Shown here piece by piece: positions 30,724 through 42,894 of a stretch of DNA of 64,000 nt (within the stretch, counting starts at the first letter, position 1; each line of letters begins with the position of its first letter). The position numbers and the translations under genes are program-made. Source of the DNA: Eledone cirrhosa. Taxonomy: Eukaryota. The notes beneath the pieces were generated by a model. It was not told where the DNA came from, did not search any database, and saw only the letters and a program-made list of their open reading frames with translations. Location: contig OZ024742.1 in NCBI GenBank assembly GCA_964016885.1, forward strand, positions 20,894,001-20,958,000, given 5' to 3'.

Positions 30724-33700
30724 CTACAGACGTATATTCAGAGTGGTCCCGTTCACTCGGACCATTCTCGTTACATTCATCCACCTTTCAACAAACTTGC
30801 TAGAAAGCAGCACTTGCCTCTCCACCCTGATTTTCCTCTTCAAGTGAAACTTGAAAAAGTTAATCAGGGATTCGCCGAAGAGTAAAGTGTTTGTCTTAAA
30901 TCCTTTTAACCTTGTCCACCACACAATCTCTTTCGCCATGGCCACCAGGCAGATGAAAACCGCCTGCCCTTCCTCCTCAAAGGAAGACGGCGAGACCATC
31001 TGCACAATGGACTCAGTCGACAACCGGATCAGTCCCACACGTGACAGCAACTGTTCGACATAACTCCACAAGTCAGCAGTGCTCGGGCACTGAACGAGTG
31101 CGTGCACAACGGTTTCGTCGCTATGCGCACATCTCGGACAGGCTCGGCTGACGGAACTTCCGTGCGTGTAGAGCTTATCTCGAACCGGCAGCGCTCCCCG
31201 GTAGCACTGCCAGGCCAGGGATTTTTGGAAGTTATCCATAGGCCCCGGGCTGAAAGTTCTCCGGAAGAGAGCAAGCAGCTGATCTTCTTCGACGCCCAGG
31301 ATCTCTCCGATTACGTCGTCGTTCTTCCCCCCACCCCACTAGTCCTCTATAGAACGCCGAGGTGGAGTTCCACCGATACTGGTGACCAACTGGGAGAGGG
31401 CAGTGGGCGCCTGGAGGCATTCCAGTTTCCAAGCGCTATCCCTCGGTCTTTTTCTGACCCAGGACTGCAGCTCCGTCAAGGAGACGAGCTGTGGGAAAAT
31501 GTGCCTGGCGAACGGCGACCACACCCGTTCACCATCAAGGAAGCACCAGAGATGTCGCAGCCTCAGCGCATGTTTGCGCATCATCAGCCATGGCATGCCC
31601 AGTCCTCAAGGCAACGGGTGTTGACAGCAGATGGATCGTCTGACCATGGCAGCGCGTCCCTTCCACAAAAAGCGGAAGAGGAGGCGCTCCATTTTGGTGA
31701 GAGTTGGGCTGGAGCAAGGGACGACGGTGAGGCGGTAGCAGATGACGGATGCGATGTACGCATTCGCCACTTCTGCCCGGCCTTTCAGGGACAGCTTCCT
31801 CTCAGCCCATTTCTGGGTGAGGGAGGCCACCCTGCTCGTCAACTCGTTCCAGTTTTTCTCCATCTGGAGGTCCAGTCCGAACCAGACCCCGAGCAATTTA
31901 ACCGGTCCGTCCGTCCAACGCCCCACGACGCTGTCGGACGGCATGGACTTGCCTCTCCAGGTGCCTAGCTGCAAGCCCACAGACTTTTCCTGGTTTATCT
32001 TTGCTCCTGTCACCGTTTCGTATTTCTTGAGAGCGGTGCCGAGCATCTGGACGTGTCTGGTGCTCGACACCACCACGGTGACGTCGACAGCGTAAGCCGA
32101 CTCGGATTTCCCGCATCCTAGTTCGCGTAGGACACCCCTCATCGCCCCCAGTTTGTGCAGTAACGGCTCGAGAGCCAATACGTACAAGAGGGACGAGAGG
32201 AGACAACCCTGGCGGACTGAGCGCATGATGCTGAACGGCTGCGACAGGTGACCGTTCACCCTCACAACTGAGCAGATGTCGCTGTACATTGCTGCGATCA
32301 AACGTCCGAAAACGGGCCGGAAACCGGCTGCCTCGAGGACCGCCGCCAGGTACCGATGGTCGACCCTATCGAATGCTTTGGATTGATCCAAGTTGATCAG
32401 GGCCCACCCTTGCCAGGTTCCTTAACTACCTTCTCTATGATGTATCGCATGAGGTGGAGGTTGTCGTGTACGGATCTGTCCGGGATGGCGCATGTCTACG
32501 CCTCTCCCACCAGACCCTTGACGACAAGCGCCAACCTCGTTGTTAACACCTTGGCCAAAATCTTGAACTCTGCGTTTAGCAGGGTTATGGGCCTGAAATT
32601 ATCAATAACGTCCCCCTTGTTCGGGTCTTTTCTCAGCAGCGCCACTGCTCCCCGGCTCACAAAACTGGGAATGCTCCCGTTCTGCTGCCAGTTGCAGTAG
32701 ACGTCTGCCAAGAGGTCACCGAACAAGTCTGGCATAAATGCATAAAGCTCGTAGGGCAGACCATCTAAACCTGGCGATTTACCTCTTGTGCAGTTAGCCA
32801 TCGCTTCCTGTATTTCACCGGCTGTTATTGGCTTTTCGCAACACTCTGCTGCATTCGCTGAGAGCCGAGGCAGTCCGTCGAGGTATGCACTGAAGTCCAT
32901 GCCCCGATCCGGGCCGCCGCCGCTTCTGAACAGTTCAGCAAAGTGGTGCTGAAAAGCTTCACACATCCGCTCGGGTTCGAGCATCACGCACCCGTTTTGG
33001 TCAGACAAAGACCGACTTGTGGCTTTATTGCCACGTCGCGCCTCTGCCACCCGGACCCATTGGACGGTTTTTATCCCCTCGTGTTTCAGAGCACGCGCTC
33101 TAGCTCTGACAACACAGCCTTCGTGTTTTGCGTTGAAGAATTGGTCGAGTGCCAATCTCGCCGCAAGCACGTCGGTTGCGATGCCTGTCCTAAACGCCTC
33201 TTCTAACTTTCTGACTAGCTCTCCCTCTACTCTATTTTCCTCTATCACTACTCCTTTGCTAAACCTAATCGACTCTACTTTAATTGCCCTTTTCAGGGCG
33301 AACCACCACCTGTTGTTGACGACCGCTCCTGTCAATGCCCGCTTAACTAATACGCTAATCCTGTCTCTGTAGGCCTTGCGCGCCGGGAAAGACGCGTTCA
33401 GCTTCCAGTAACCAGGCCCTTGTCTGTGAAGTCTGTCTATGTCGATCTCACAGATCACAAATTTGTGGTCTGTGTAGTCGACTATTTTAAATTGTGGACA
33501 AGTTATACTAGCCTTATCTAGTTCCTGCAGAATACCCTATCTAGATACGATCTGGATGACCCGATGCGGTTTGTCCATGTCCACATTGGCACATTCGGGT
33601 GATCCAGTCGATACCTGTCAGACATTTCAAAACGTCTGAGCAGGTTGGTGAGGCTCTTGTACCCTCCTCCCCTATCCACTAGCCTCACACGATCCCAGCG

Positions 33701-34144
33701 TGCATCCAAGATACCGTTCCAGTCGCCCACTAACACTAAAGAGCGGGACGTTCCAAGAAAGTTCTCTAGACGTCTGAAGAAATCTGGCCGTCCTGCCCCT
33801 GTTGGGGCGTAGACGGCTACTAGCCTGAAAGCATTGCCTTCGCTGCAGGTCACGTCCAGCACCACCGACTTACCTTCTGGGTCCAGGAAGATGGCCCGTA
33901 TCGCGATATCCAAACCTCTCCGAAAAAGGACGGCAACCCTTCCCCCCGATCCTGGACGGCTGGGAGATGCGTATACATCGTAGCCGCCGAAGATCGGTGC
34001 GAAGGCCCGTGCCTCGGAGATTCTGGTTTCACTGATGGCCACCACATCTATGTTTAGTGACCTTAGGTCATTGAGCAGGTGACCCTGCTTCCAAGATGAC
34101 TCCAGGCCACGTGCATTTATACTGCCTATTCTGAGTACAGCCAT
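30724..34144 (-). pseudogene. Tx1 ORF2: AP endonuclease + reverse transcriptase (stops and frameshifts)
   Basis: IGSINARGL, ISET, VYAP, VGDWN, SYLDRVF, TDH, GYWKLN, KSPGLDGLP, FRPITLLN, DQSKAFDRVDH, VRQGCLLS, AYAVDV (YADD-like). Confidence 0.9.
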
Positions 34145-34176
34145 GTTGGATGAGAAACGGGGTAAATGAGAAAGGG

Positions 34177-36188
34177 TCACTTACCTTGTTCGTGTGGTGA
34201 AGGGACAGTAGAACCGTCCCTTTCGCTGGTCATGGGTGTTTCCAAGAGGATGTCAGTGTATATCCTCTTGGTAACCGTCCCTCTGAAGTCTCCAACTGCG
34301 TTGGGGAATTTTTGTTTTAAAGGTTTGTATTGTTCTATTGAGATTTCGATGATGCTTATGTTTGTCGGGAGAGTTCTTGGTGTTGGTGGGTGTAGTAGTT
34401 TTTTTCGGTGATGTCTGCGTGCTGCTTTATATATTTCATGAGTTCTTTTTTTGCTATGTTTATGGCTGTGTACTTTTTGTGGGGAGGGGTGATTTTGTTG
34501 CCGTTTTCTTCTTGTTGCTGCTTGGTGTGTGTGTCTTGTTGTGTTTGCGTTGTTGGTGTTTGTGGTGGTGTTGCTGCAAGTTTCCTTGCTGCCTTTACCC
34601 CTCTTTGTATGCCTTAGCTTTTGGAGGGTGAATCTAAGGGTTTTTTTGTTTTTTGTTTTTTGTTTTTTGTGGCAGACTGTTTGCCACGTCACTCCCGCCT
34701 CAAACACCATGTCGGATTCTGTAGCGTCTGGGAGGAGTATATGCTCCACGGCTGTTGGTGGTGGTAGTGGAGCCCTCTTCGGCAATGTTGTTGCTGGTGT
34801 AGCTATTTCAAATGAAGCTATTGGTGTTGCCGCTACTGATGATGCTGCTTTAGTTATCCGTGGCCTTGGTACGGGTGCCACGGACGTTGCCCTCCTACTC
34901 ACCGTGGAAGGGGCTTCTTCGTTTGTTGCCTGTCCTGCTCTTGGTAGCAGCGGACCAGGTATTGGAAGGAGAGGGGCCCTCTTCGGTGTCTTCTGCGGGC
35001 AAAAGGCCCTGAGGTGACCCACAGAGATAACATTTTGGCCGTCTTCCTTCTACACTTATAGGGAGTTGGAGTCCTTCCTCAAAGACTATGATATCGGTGA
35101 TAGCCTCGATACATTCAGTTTGTATAAGCATTTGCATGCCTATAACTGACCAGTTCTCTCTTGCTATTTTTTCTACCTGTAGCATGGTCGCCCTGTTCTC
35201 AATTCCAGCAAGGACAGACGCGGCCAGCCAAGGTATGGGTACGTCGGCTGGGACCTGGGTCACTTTGACCCTCACAATTTTCTTCCCGCAGTAGGAGGGC
35301 ACCAAGACTAACTCCTCACTCTTTAGGGTTTCCAAAGAGTGAGACTTTGTTTCCTGGGAGGTGGCGAAAAGTACATCTACTGTGGCGTACTTTCTGCCTC
35401 GGGTGATGTGGGGTTTGCGTGCCCAGACGCACCCCAAGGCCTTTTGGATTTGAGCCTCCCTGGCTCTCTCCACTCGATGAGATATTTTGCTTACGGTGCG
35501 GTAAGTCACCGCTCGTAGCTGCTGGTCCTTGAAAAAATCGGGTGGAGGTTTCAGGGAAACTCTATTTGCGCTTCTTGTCACCATGGCCCTTGCGACTGCC
35601 ATCTCCTCCTCTGTGACTAACACTGTCTCGATATTTCGGGTGACACCTGCAAAAGAAGTGGTTCCTTTTTCAGCAGCGCCACTATTGCTGCCGCTCCTGG
35701 TCTTACTGGTGGCGCTGAGGTCGCTATTACAGGTATCGGTGTCATTGTTGTTCTTTTCACTGGTACAGTTGTTGGTGTTGTTTTCGTTGATACTGTTGCT
35801 GCTGTTACTGTTATTGTCGCTGTTGTTATTATTGTTGTTTTTGTTGATACTGTTCCTACTATTATTGTTGTTGTGGCTGTTGTTATTGTCATTGTTATTG
35901 TCGTTCTCGACCTTACCGCTGTTATTTTTGTTATTGCCGTTCTCGACTTTACCGCTGTTATTTTTGGTGTTGTTGTTGGTGATGTTGTTGGTGTTATTGT
36001 TGGTGTTGTTTGTATTAGAAATATTTGTTAATTTTAAATCTGTAACAATCTTTTTTCCTTTGTAATATTTTTCCTTTGTAATATTTTATATTTACCTCTG
36101 CTGGAAAGCTGTCTTGTTGACATGCTGATAAACTCTCCCTCTCTCTGTGTTGTCTGACAGCCTTCTCTCTCTTTTTTGTGTTATCCAT
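34177..36188 (-). pseudogene. Tx1 ORF1 (gag-like, CCHC knuckle, Asn-rich N-terminus), frameshifted
   Basis: VEGRRPKCYLCGS/GHLRAFC zinc knuckle split by a frameshift near 35020. ATG at 36188. A 16-bp duplication near 36050-36085 breaks the frame. Confidence 0.75.
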
Positions 36189-37799
36189 GTTGAAATTTTT
36201 CAGAAAATATTTTTACACAAATACGAATACGACACCCCGTAAAAGGGTGCCGTATTATTTACTAGTGAACCCCTGTATTAGGTGGGTCACTTCTTCTAAA
36301 CTTTTATCAAATTTAAAACTTGAATAAAAGGTTTAGAACGGTTGAAAAAGAGGTAAAACGTTGAAAAAGACTGGAGGCTATAAGAAGCGTGGCTTCACCA
36401 ACCAATAATAATAATAATAATAATAATAATGATGATGATGATGATCATCATCATCATGATGATGATGATGATGATACAAATAATAATTATAATAATTTCT
36501 GTTATTTGCCAATAATAAATGACAAAACTAAATGAAATAACGTATGGAGAAGCCACTTTAGTTTAAAGGGGAAGTGGAAATGTATATAGATCTACACACA
36601 TAGGAATATCGAAACCTAAACAAACATCATTAAAAACAAATATAAAAGAGTAATCTAGCGATAAGAGATTTCAATCCCAATCTTAATAATTGATGAAAGG
36701 ACACGATGATGAAACAGAAAAGTGATACAAATGCTACAAAATTAACTCAAGAAGAAAATATACCTGAAACCAAAGAATGTGTGAAAAAACAAACAAACAC
36801 ACAAGAAAATCTAAAGAAGCCGTCTACATTTTAAATACCAACGACCCTGTGAATAAGACAAACAATCTAATAAAAACAATAAAATATTTTACCAAGATCA
36901 CAGAGAAATCGATGCAGAACAAGAAGAAAACAAAAGGTAAGGTCTATGGACCACAAAGGAAGCATTATGGACAATCTAATCTGGCCGAGTTTACACTCGC
37001 AAATAAGAAGAACCAGGGCCGACCCTAGGAGCATTAGATTTGGTGTACTTCAAATTTATTTCGGTTGCTGAAGACAATCAGGACTCGCTGCTTCTCCTGA
37101 AGGTCAATAGTTCTCTTCTAACTTGAGCGGGAGCGCCTTTCCATTGTCAATATGCATTGATCATCTGCAAGGCCGCATTCTTCTCAGAACCACTACACCA
37201 GTCTTTCGATGTGTGCAGCTGGAACTACTGCCACCCATTGATTTGGCAGAATCGCAACTCATTTGTACACCTGAATAAACTGGAGGAGCGGGAATTAAAG
37301 TGTCTTTCTCAAGGTCACAACACATCACCCGGTCCGAGAATCAAACTCACACCTTTTGATTGTAAACCCAATGTCATGCGCTTTCATTATGGACAAGATC
37401 ATTTAAAACGCTCAACACCGTATCTAATAAATGTGGGAGACCAACAAAGATTGGTTAAGGCCGGGGGCGGGGGGGGCAAAGAACTTCTGGTTTAGGTGGC
37501 CCATCAACAATTTTACATATCCAAGTCAGGTTGGCGCAAGTAAATTGAATTGAAAAGTTATAAATACATGTATTAAATTCAACCTCTAATCATCCTAAAA
37601 CTAAAAGGCACAGCAAGGGCACGAATACATTGCTATGTCAGTTGCTGGTGACCCCCCCCCCCCACTGCAGAGGACTCGAGGCAATTTCCCCCTTTGCCAC
37701 TAATTAAATCCGGCCCTGGAAACAAGGAGACCACAACAGAAGTAAGTAACACGCTGCTAAACAAAGTGAAATAAAAAAAGGAAGCAAACATCAATTTGA

Positions 37800-39620
37800 A
37801 GGCACTAATATATAAGATATCTATCTGCTTGTTAAAATATCTAACTGGGATACATAAATTGTTAGCAGAGTAATTTAATGAGACACTAAAGCATTCACAG
37901 ACAATAGCAGTCTGACTAACTGAGGAAAAATCTTAAAGTCCACCAGCAAACTTAAACATAATAGGCTCATCACCTTCTTTCATACAACCTACATATATTA
38001 CCTGCATTGATATCCTAAAGATTAAAGGAATATCTGTAAAATTCACCAGTCTCAAGAGGGAAAAGATATACAACCACAGTACATGCGATCATAACGATAA
38101 ATTACAGCAGGAGGAGAAGGGAGTGTCTCATATGATAAGGAATGCCTACGAGAAGGTATTTGTCAGCATTCTCCACTCATGAATCCTGGAATAACTAGCC
38201 ATGAGTGAGATCCCACGCGTAATAAGATCGCATATGTATCACTAAGTAGTGTATAACACATTCACATGGAATAATAATTTGAATGGAATACCAATGAAAC
38301 ATTAGAACAATACTGAAGCAGAACTAAATGCAGAATATATGATGTAACAGGGATCAATACTCGAGTTATCTCTGTAATAATTGTTCCTACTTTTGGCACA
38401 AGGCCAGCAATTACCCAGTACATTACTGATACTTTATTTTATCGACCCGGTATGGAGGAAAGGCAAAGTTAACCTCGGCGGGATTTGAACTCAGATCATA
38501 AAGGGAGGAAACTACGCTGGAAAGCATATCCGACCCTATACCGATACTGCCAATGCACCGTCTCCATTGAACATCAAGAAAAACAGACGGGAGAAAAATC
38601 TGAATAATCACTACATTTCGAATAAACCATCTAACAGCTGATATAGAAAGATTATATGTAATATGTATCATGAATACCAGATGGTAATGTCCTTATTCAA
38701 TTAGAAAACTGTCATGAAATATTCACTACAGAACGACGAAAAAAATCTAGTGAATAATAATCAAAATCTAATTGTTACACAGCAAGAACAACACAGTCTT
38801 TCTCTTATCAAGGAAACCAACAATTACAAATAATCTGAAATTACAGGTATGGCGAAAGAAGAAAGAATGAAAGAATAGCAGCTGACATGAGATGGCTAAA
38901 ATCTATCTTTAAAACTGAGATAAAATTTCCGTAATAAGCCTTCAAACTATCTTGCAGTTATTTGCAATGAACACCATACGTAGACATAAGAAGAATAACA
39001 GCAACGTTGTGAAAAGTAAACCAATTAATATTAGTTTATTTTAGGTTTTCTTATAGTCTGATATACTTTAGCAGTGCTGGTATAGTCATTGTCTTCGTCT
39101 CTTTCGCTCTCCACATCTCTCACTATTATAAACAAATGGGGTCCCACGCGCTCGCGGCCCCGCGCTCCCGGTGGACAGAATAGAGAAGGCGTTTCACCGG
39201 AGGATGGAAAGGGAGACGCGTTGGAAGACCAATTCCAATGCGGGAGGCCCACACCTGTGGGTAGTTTCAGCTATAGAAGAACTTGTAAATAAAACAGATA
39301 TCAATGTTTTTCATGTAGTTATGAACTCAATAATGATTTATTTAACTGCTATAAAAATGTAAAAAAAAAAAAGAGAGCAAAATATCTCATGTGGTTATGT
39401 GTATAGTCATAACGTATATTGGGACGAAATTTATCAAGAGCTATATTTTGTACGACAGGAGCTATACCAACAAACTTAAAACGTTGTAAAGAAGACGGTA
39501 ATTCTATTTCCAAAAGTGTGAAAATAAACGAATAACAGTAAACACATATTTCAAGAATATAAATCTCTACACCTCGTGCTGAAACAAATTTACAATGTTA
39601 ACTCGCAGTAAGCCTGACCT
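37800..39620 (+). pseudogene. Heavily decayed R4/Dong-like RT remnants, interrupted by a SINE (38377-38554) and an insertion (39030-39300)
   Basis: Fragments such as LKYLTGIHKLLAE*FN and YEKVFVSILHS*ILE (compare YKKAFDSVPHSWIL). Confidence 0.45.
38377..38554 (-). mobile_element. SINE family 1
   Basis: Matches 6985-7164. Confidence 0.8.
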
Positions 39621-39657
39621 TCAACATTCTGCTGGAAGTGATTAAAACTAACCATGA

Positions 39658-39693
<36 letters not shown>

Positions 39694-40194
39694 GGAAAAA
39701 ATGAAACGAAATTTCATTTCTCACACTTAGTACGGCTGTTACTTAAATATAAGTATGTATACGTACATACATATATGCATACAGACGTACAGTAGTATGC
39801 ATACATATATACATACATGCACACATATATATATATGTACGTATGGATTCACCGAACATTTATTATAATGCTCGGTGTTATACCGAGCATTATAATAAAT
39901 GTTCGGTGAATCCATACGTACATATATATATGTGTGCATGTATGTATATATGCATTCATACTACTGTACGTCTGTATGCATATATGTATGTACGTATACA
40001 TACTTACATATATATATATATATAGTAATAATAATAAATGTGAAGACTAAAATCTAAAGAGGGCTCCATAAGGATAAATATATATCAAATATATAAGAAT
40101 CCTAGAGCAAATATTTATTAAAATAACAGATCCCGTTAAGAGTGAAAGCAACGATTCTTTGCCTAAAACGTTTATCTGTTATTTTAATATATAT

Positions 40195-40302
<108 letters not shown>

Positions 40303-40390
40303 TCATACGTTGTTCCGGGTTGAATCGGAGGTAACCACAGTAAGTAAGTTACTCAATACATTGCAGAGTATAAAAGTTTTAATATAGATG

Positions 40391-40441
40391 AGATTCTACA
40401 GGACTAGAACTGTTTCATTCTTTAGAAATCATCAGGAATCT
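40391..40441 (-). ncRNA. Hammerhead ribozyme (type I), left arm of palindrome
   Basis: Reverse complement of 40523-40573. Confidence 0.85.
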
Positions 40442-40522
40442 GGGTATCAAAAAATAAGTATGGTATTTATAGGTAGGTCGAGTTTGGTCACCTATAAATA
40501 CCATACTTATTTTTCGATACCC

Positions 40523-40573
40523 AGATTCCTGATGATTTCTAAAGAATGAAACAGTTCTAGTCCTGTAGAATCT
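40523..40573 (+). ncRNA. Hammerhead ribozyme (type I), right arm of palindrome
   Basis: agattc-CTGATGA-t-ttct aa agaa-t-GAAA-cag ttctagtc ctg-TA-gaatct. Decayed relatives at about 9975-10025 and 46110-46165. Confidence 0.85.
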
Positions 40574-40659
40574 CATCTATATTAAAACTATATATATTTA
40601 TATATATACATACATACATATATATATATATATAAATAAATATATTACTCCCAGCACGT

Positions 40660-40711
<52 letters not shown>

Positions 40712-40714
40712 CAT

Positions 40715-40768
<54 letters not shown>

Positions 40769-41063
40769 TTCAAAGAATGATGATTAACAGTGTTGGCTGC
40801 ACAATAAGGGCTTTATTTAAAGTACTGACAACGAAACAGTTCCCAGGATTTTAAATAAAGCCCTTATTGTACTCACAACCATGTTAATCTTCATTCTTTA
40901 TCTATTATTACTCCAAGTATAACGTCCATAAAAATTACCGCGAACTTGCTTCATAACTATGGAAGCAACTTGTTGAGTCAAACAAAGCCGTACGTTAAAA
41001 CTATCCACGACGCAGAGCACTTACAACCTCTAACTGGATTACCTATAGCGATAATTTGTTATC

Positions 41064-41141
<78 letters not shown>

Positions 41142-41524
41142 ACCACCACCAACACGACCAACAACAACACCAACAAGACCCTAAACAACATCAACAATGA
41201 TAACACCATCAACATCACCCCCACCACCAACAACACAAACACTACCACCGACATCACCACCAACACCACCAACACTACCAACAACATCATCACCACCACC
41301 AACACCATTACCAACACTATCAACAACAACAATAACACCAACACTAACACCACCACCACCACCACCAACAAGATAGACCATCTAGACAGGAGGAGGAGGG
41401 GGAGGAGGATAATGAGGAGGAAAAAAGAGGAGGAGAAGAGAGGAAGAGGAGAAAGGGGATATAGAGAAGGAGGAGGTGGAAGAGAATGAGGAGGAGAAAG
41501 AAGAAAAGGAAGAGGAGGGGGAGG

Positions 41525-41564
<40 letters not shown>

Positions 41565-41647
41565 ATGATCAAACCAGACCTGATCGATATGGGGACAAAT
41601 TGTAATATGTAATAAAGTTTACAAAAAGCTGCCATTCTTATTGTCAC

Positions 41648-41699
<52 letters not shown>

Positions 41700-41708
<9 letters not shown>

Positions 41709-42291
41709 GTGAGGTTTTTTTTACAAAATGAAAAGTAACCGAGGTGTCCTACACGAGTGAAAGTATAAAGAAAAAAAGATGAAATCGAAAATGCAACTGG
41801 AATCTTATTTAAAAAAATATATATATATTTATTTGGTTCCTTTACCGGTTTCGCAGTTCTTCTGCTTTTTAAAAGTAGAATTGAAATGGAGGGTCTGTGG
41901 GTTTTCTCACATCTGGTTGGTCTTTGAATGTTAATTGTTTTATATGGAAAAAAGTGGCTCGAAACGCCAGGTTTTTAGAGAAGTAATTTGATTGGTTAGT
42001 CAATAATTATAATAAATTTCGCGCCAGTTCGCGTTACAAAGTTTTTCAAACAGTTGGGGCTCAGGTTGTTTTTTCATATATGAATGTTTGAATTTCTTTT
42101 TACTTTTCGAGCCACTTTTTTCCATATAAAACAAGTAACATTCAAAGACCAACCAGATGTGAGAAAAACCACAGACCCTCCATCTCAACTCTACTTTTGA
42201 AAACCAGAAGAACTGCGAAACCGGTAAAGGAACCAAATAAATATATATTTTCTTTAAAAATAAGACTCCAGTTGCATTTTCGATTTCATTT

Positions 42292-42325
<34 letters not shown>

Positions 42326-42395
42326 AGATGAAATCGAAAATGCAACTGGAGTCTTATTTTTAAAAAAAATATATATTTATTTGGTTCCTTTACCA
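41700..42395. repeat. AT-rich dispersed repeat family in foldback arrangement
   Basis: 41772-41963 is the reverse complement of about 42107-42293; related to 18572-19110 and 56125-56705. Confidence 0.8.
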
Positions 42396-42585
42396 CCCCA
42401 TTCCTACTGACTAGCCTCTGTGTCACGTGATTGATTCTTTAGAATCGGCCATATGATCAGTGGCAGTGAGAATTTTCAGTAGCTGGAATCCAGTCCTCGA
42501 TAGCTGTTCCATTTACCGAATTATTATTATTTTTATATGAGTCGCCAGTGTCCGCGCATCGCCTGGAGACTCGGCTGAGAATGAC

Positions 42586-42665
42586 CTCCCTGATGACGCA
42601 ATGAAATTCTCAACGGTTCATTCCGTAACTGTCTTTATCCCATTGCAGAAACTAATTAGTTGGAG
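42586..42665 (+). ncRNA. Hammerhead ribozyme motif
   Basis: ctcc-CTGATGA-c-gcaatg...cattgc-a-GAAA-ctaattag-TT-ggag. Palindromic stem III. Confidence 0.75.
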
Positions 42666-42851
42666 TGAAAATTTAAGTAAGTAAGTAAATTTTTTATAAA
42701 AATTTTTTTTAAATATTTTCTTATTTTACGTCTTTTATATTATTGTTCTGCATTCTCCTGCATCGAACCACCTAGGTACTATGACATAACCTGTGTATTT
42801 GCTGGCATTGGCGTACATCTGTGCGCTTATGTTAGTAGATATATTAAATTA

Positions 42852-42894
<43 letters not shown>

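Larger units (their letters stand above)
30436..36403 (-). mobile_element. Full-length L1/Tx1-clade LINE, disabled
   Basis: 5' UTR, ORF1, ORF2 (APE + RT + C-terminal CPRC..ETVVHALVQC) and 3' UTR with AATAAA; inserted in (AAT)n. Confidence 0.92.

Noticed and set aside
31102-31968. 288-aa + strand ORF
   Set aside because: Antisense shadow of the GC-rich Tx1 ORF2.
35529-36065. Leu/Val-rich hydrophobic ORFs resembling membrane proteins (also 41039-41647 and 51191-51748)
   Set aside because: They are antisense readings of (AAC/AAT/ACC)n low-complexity tracts.
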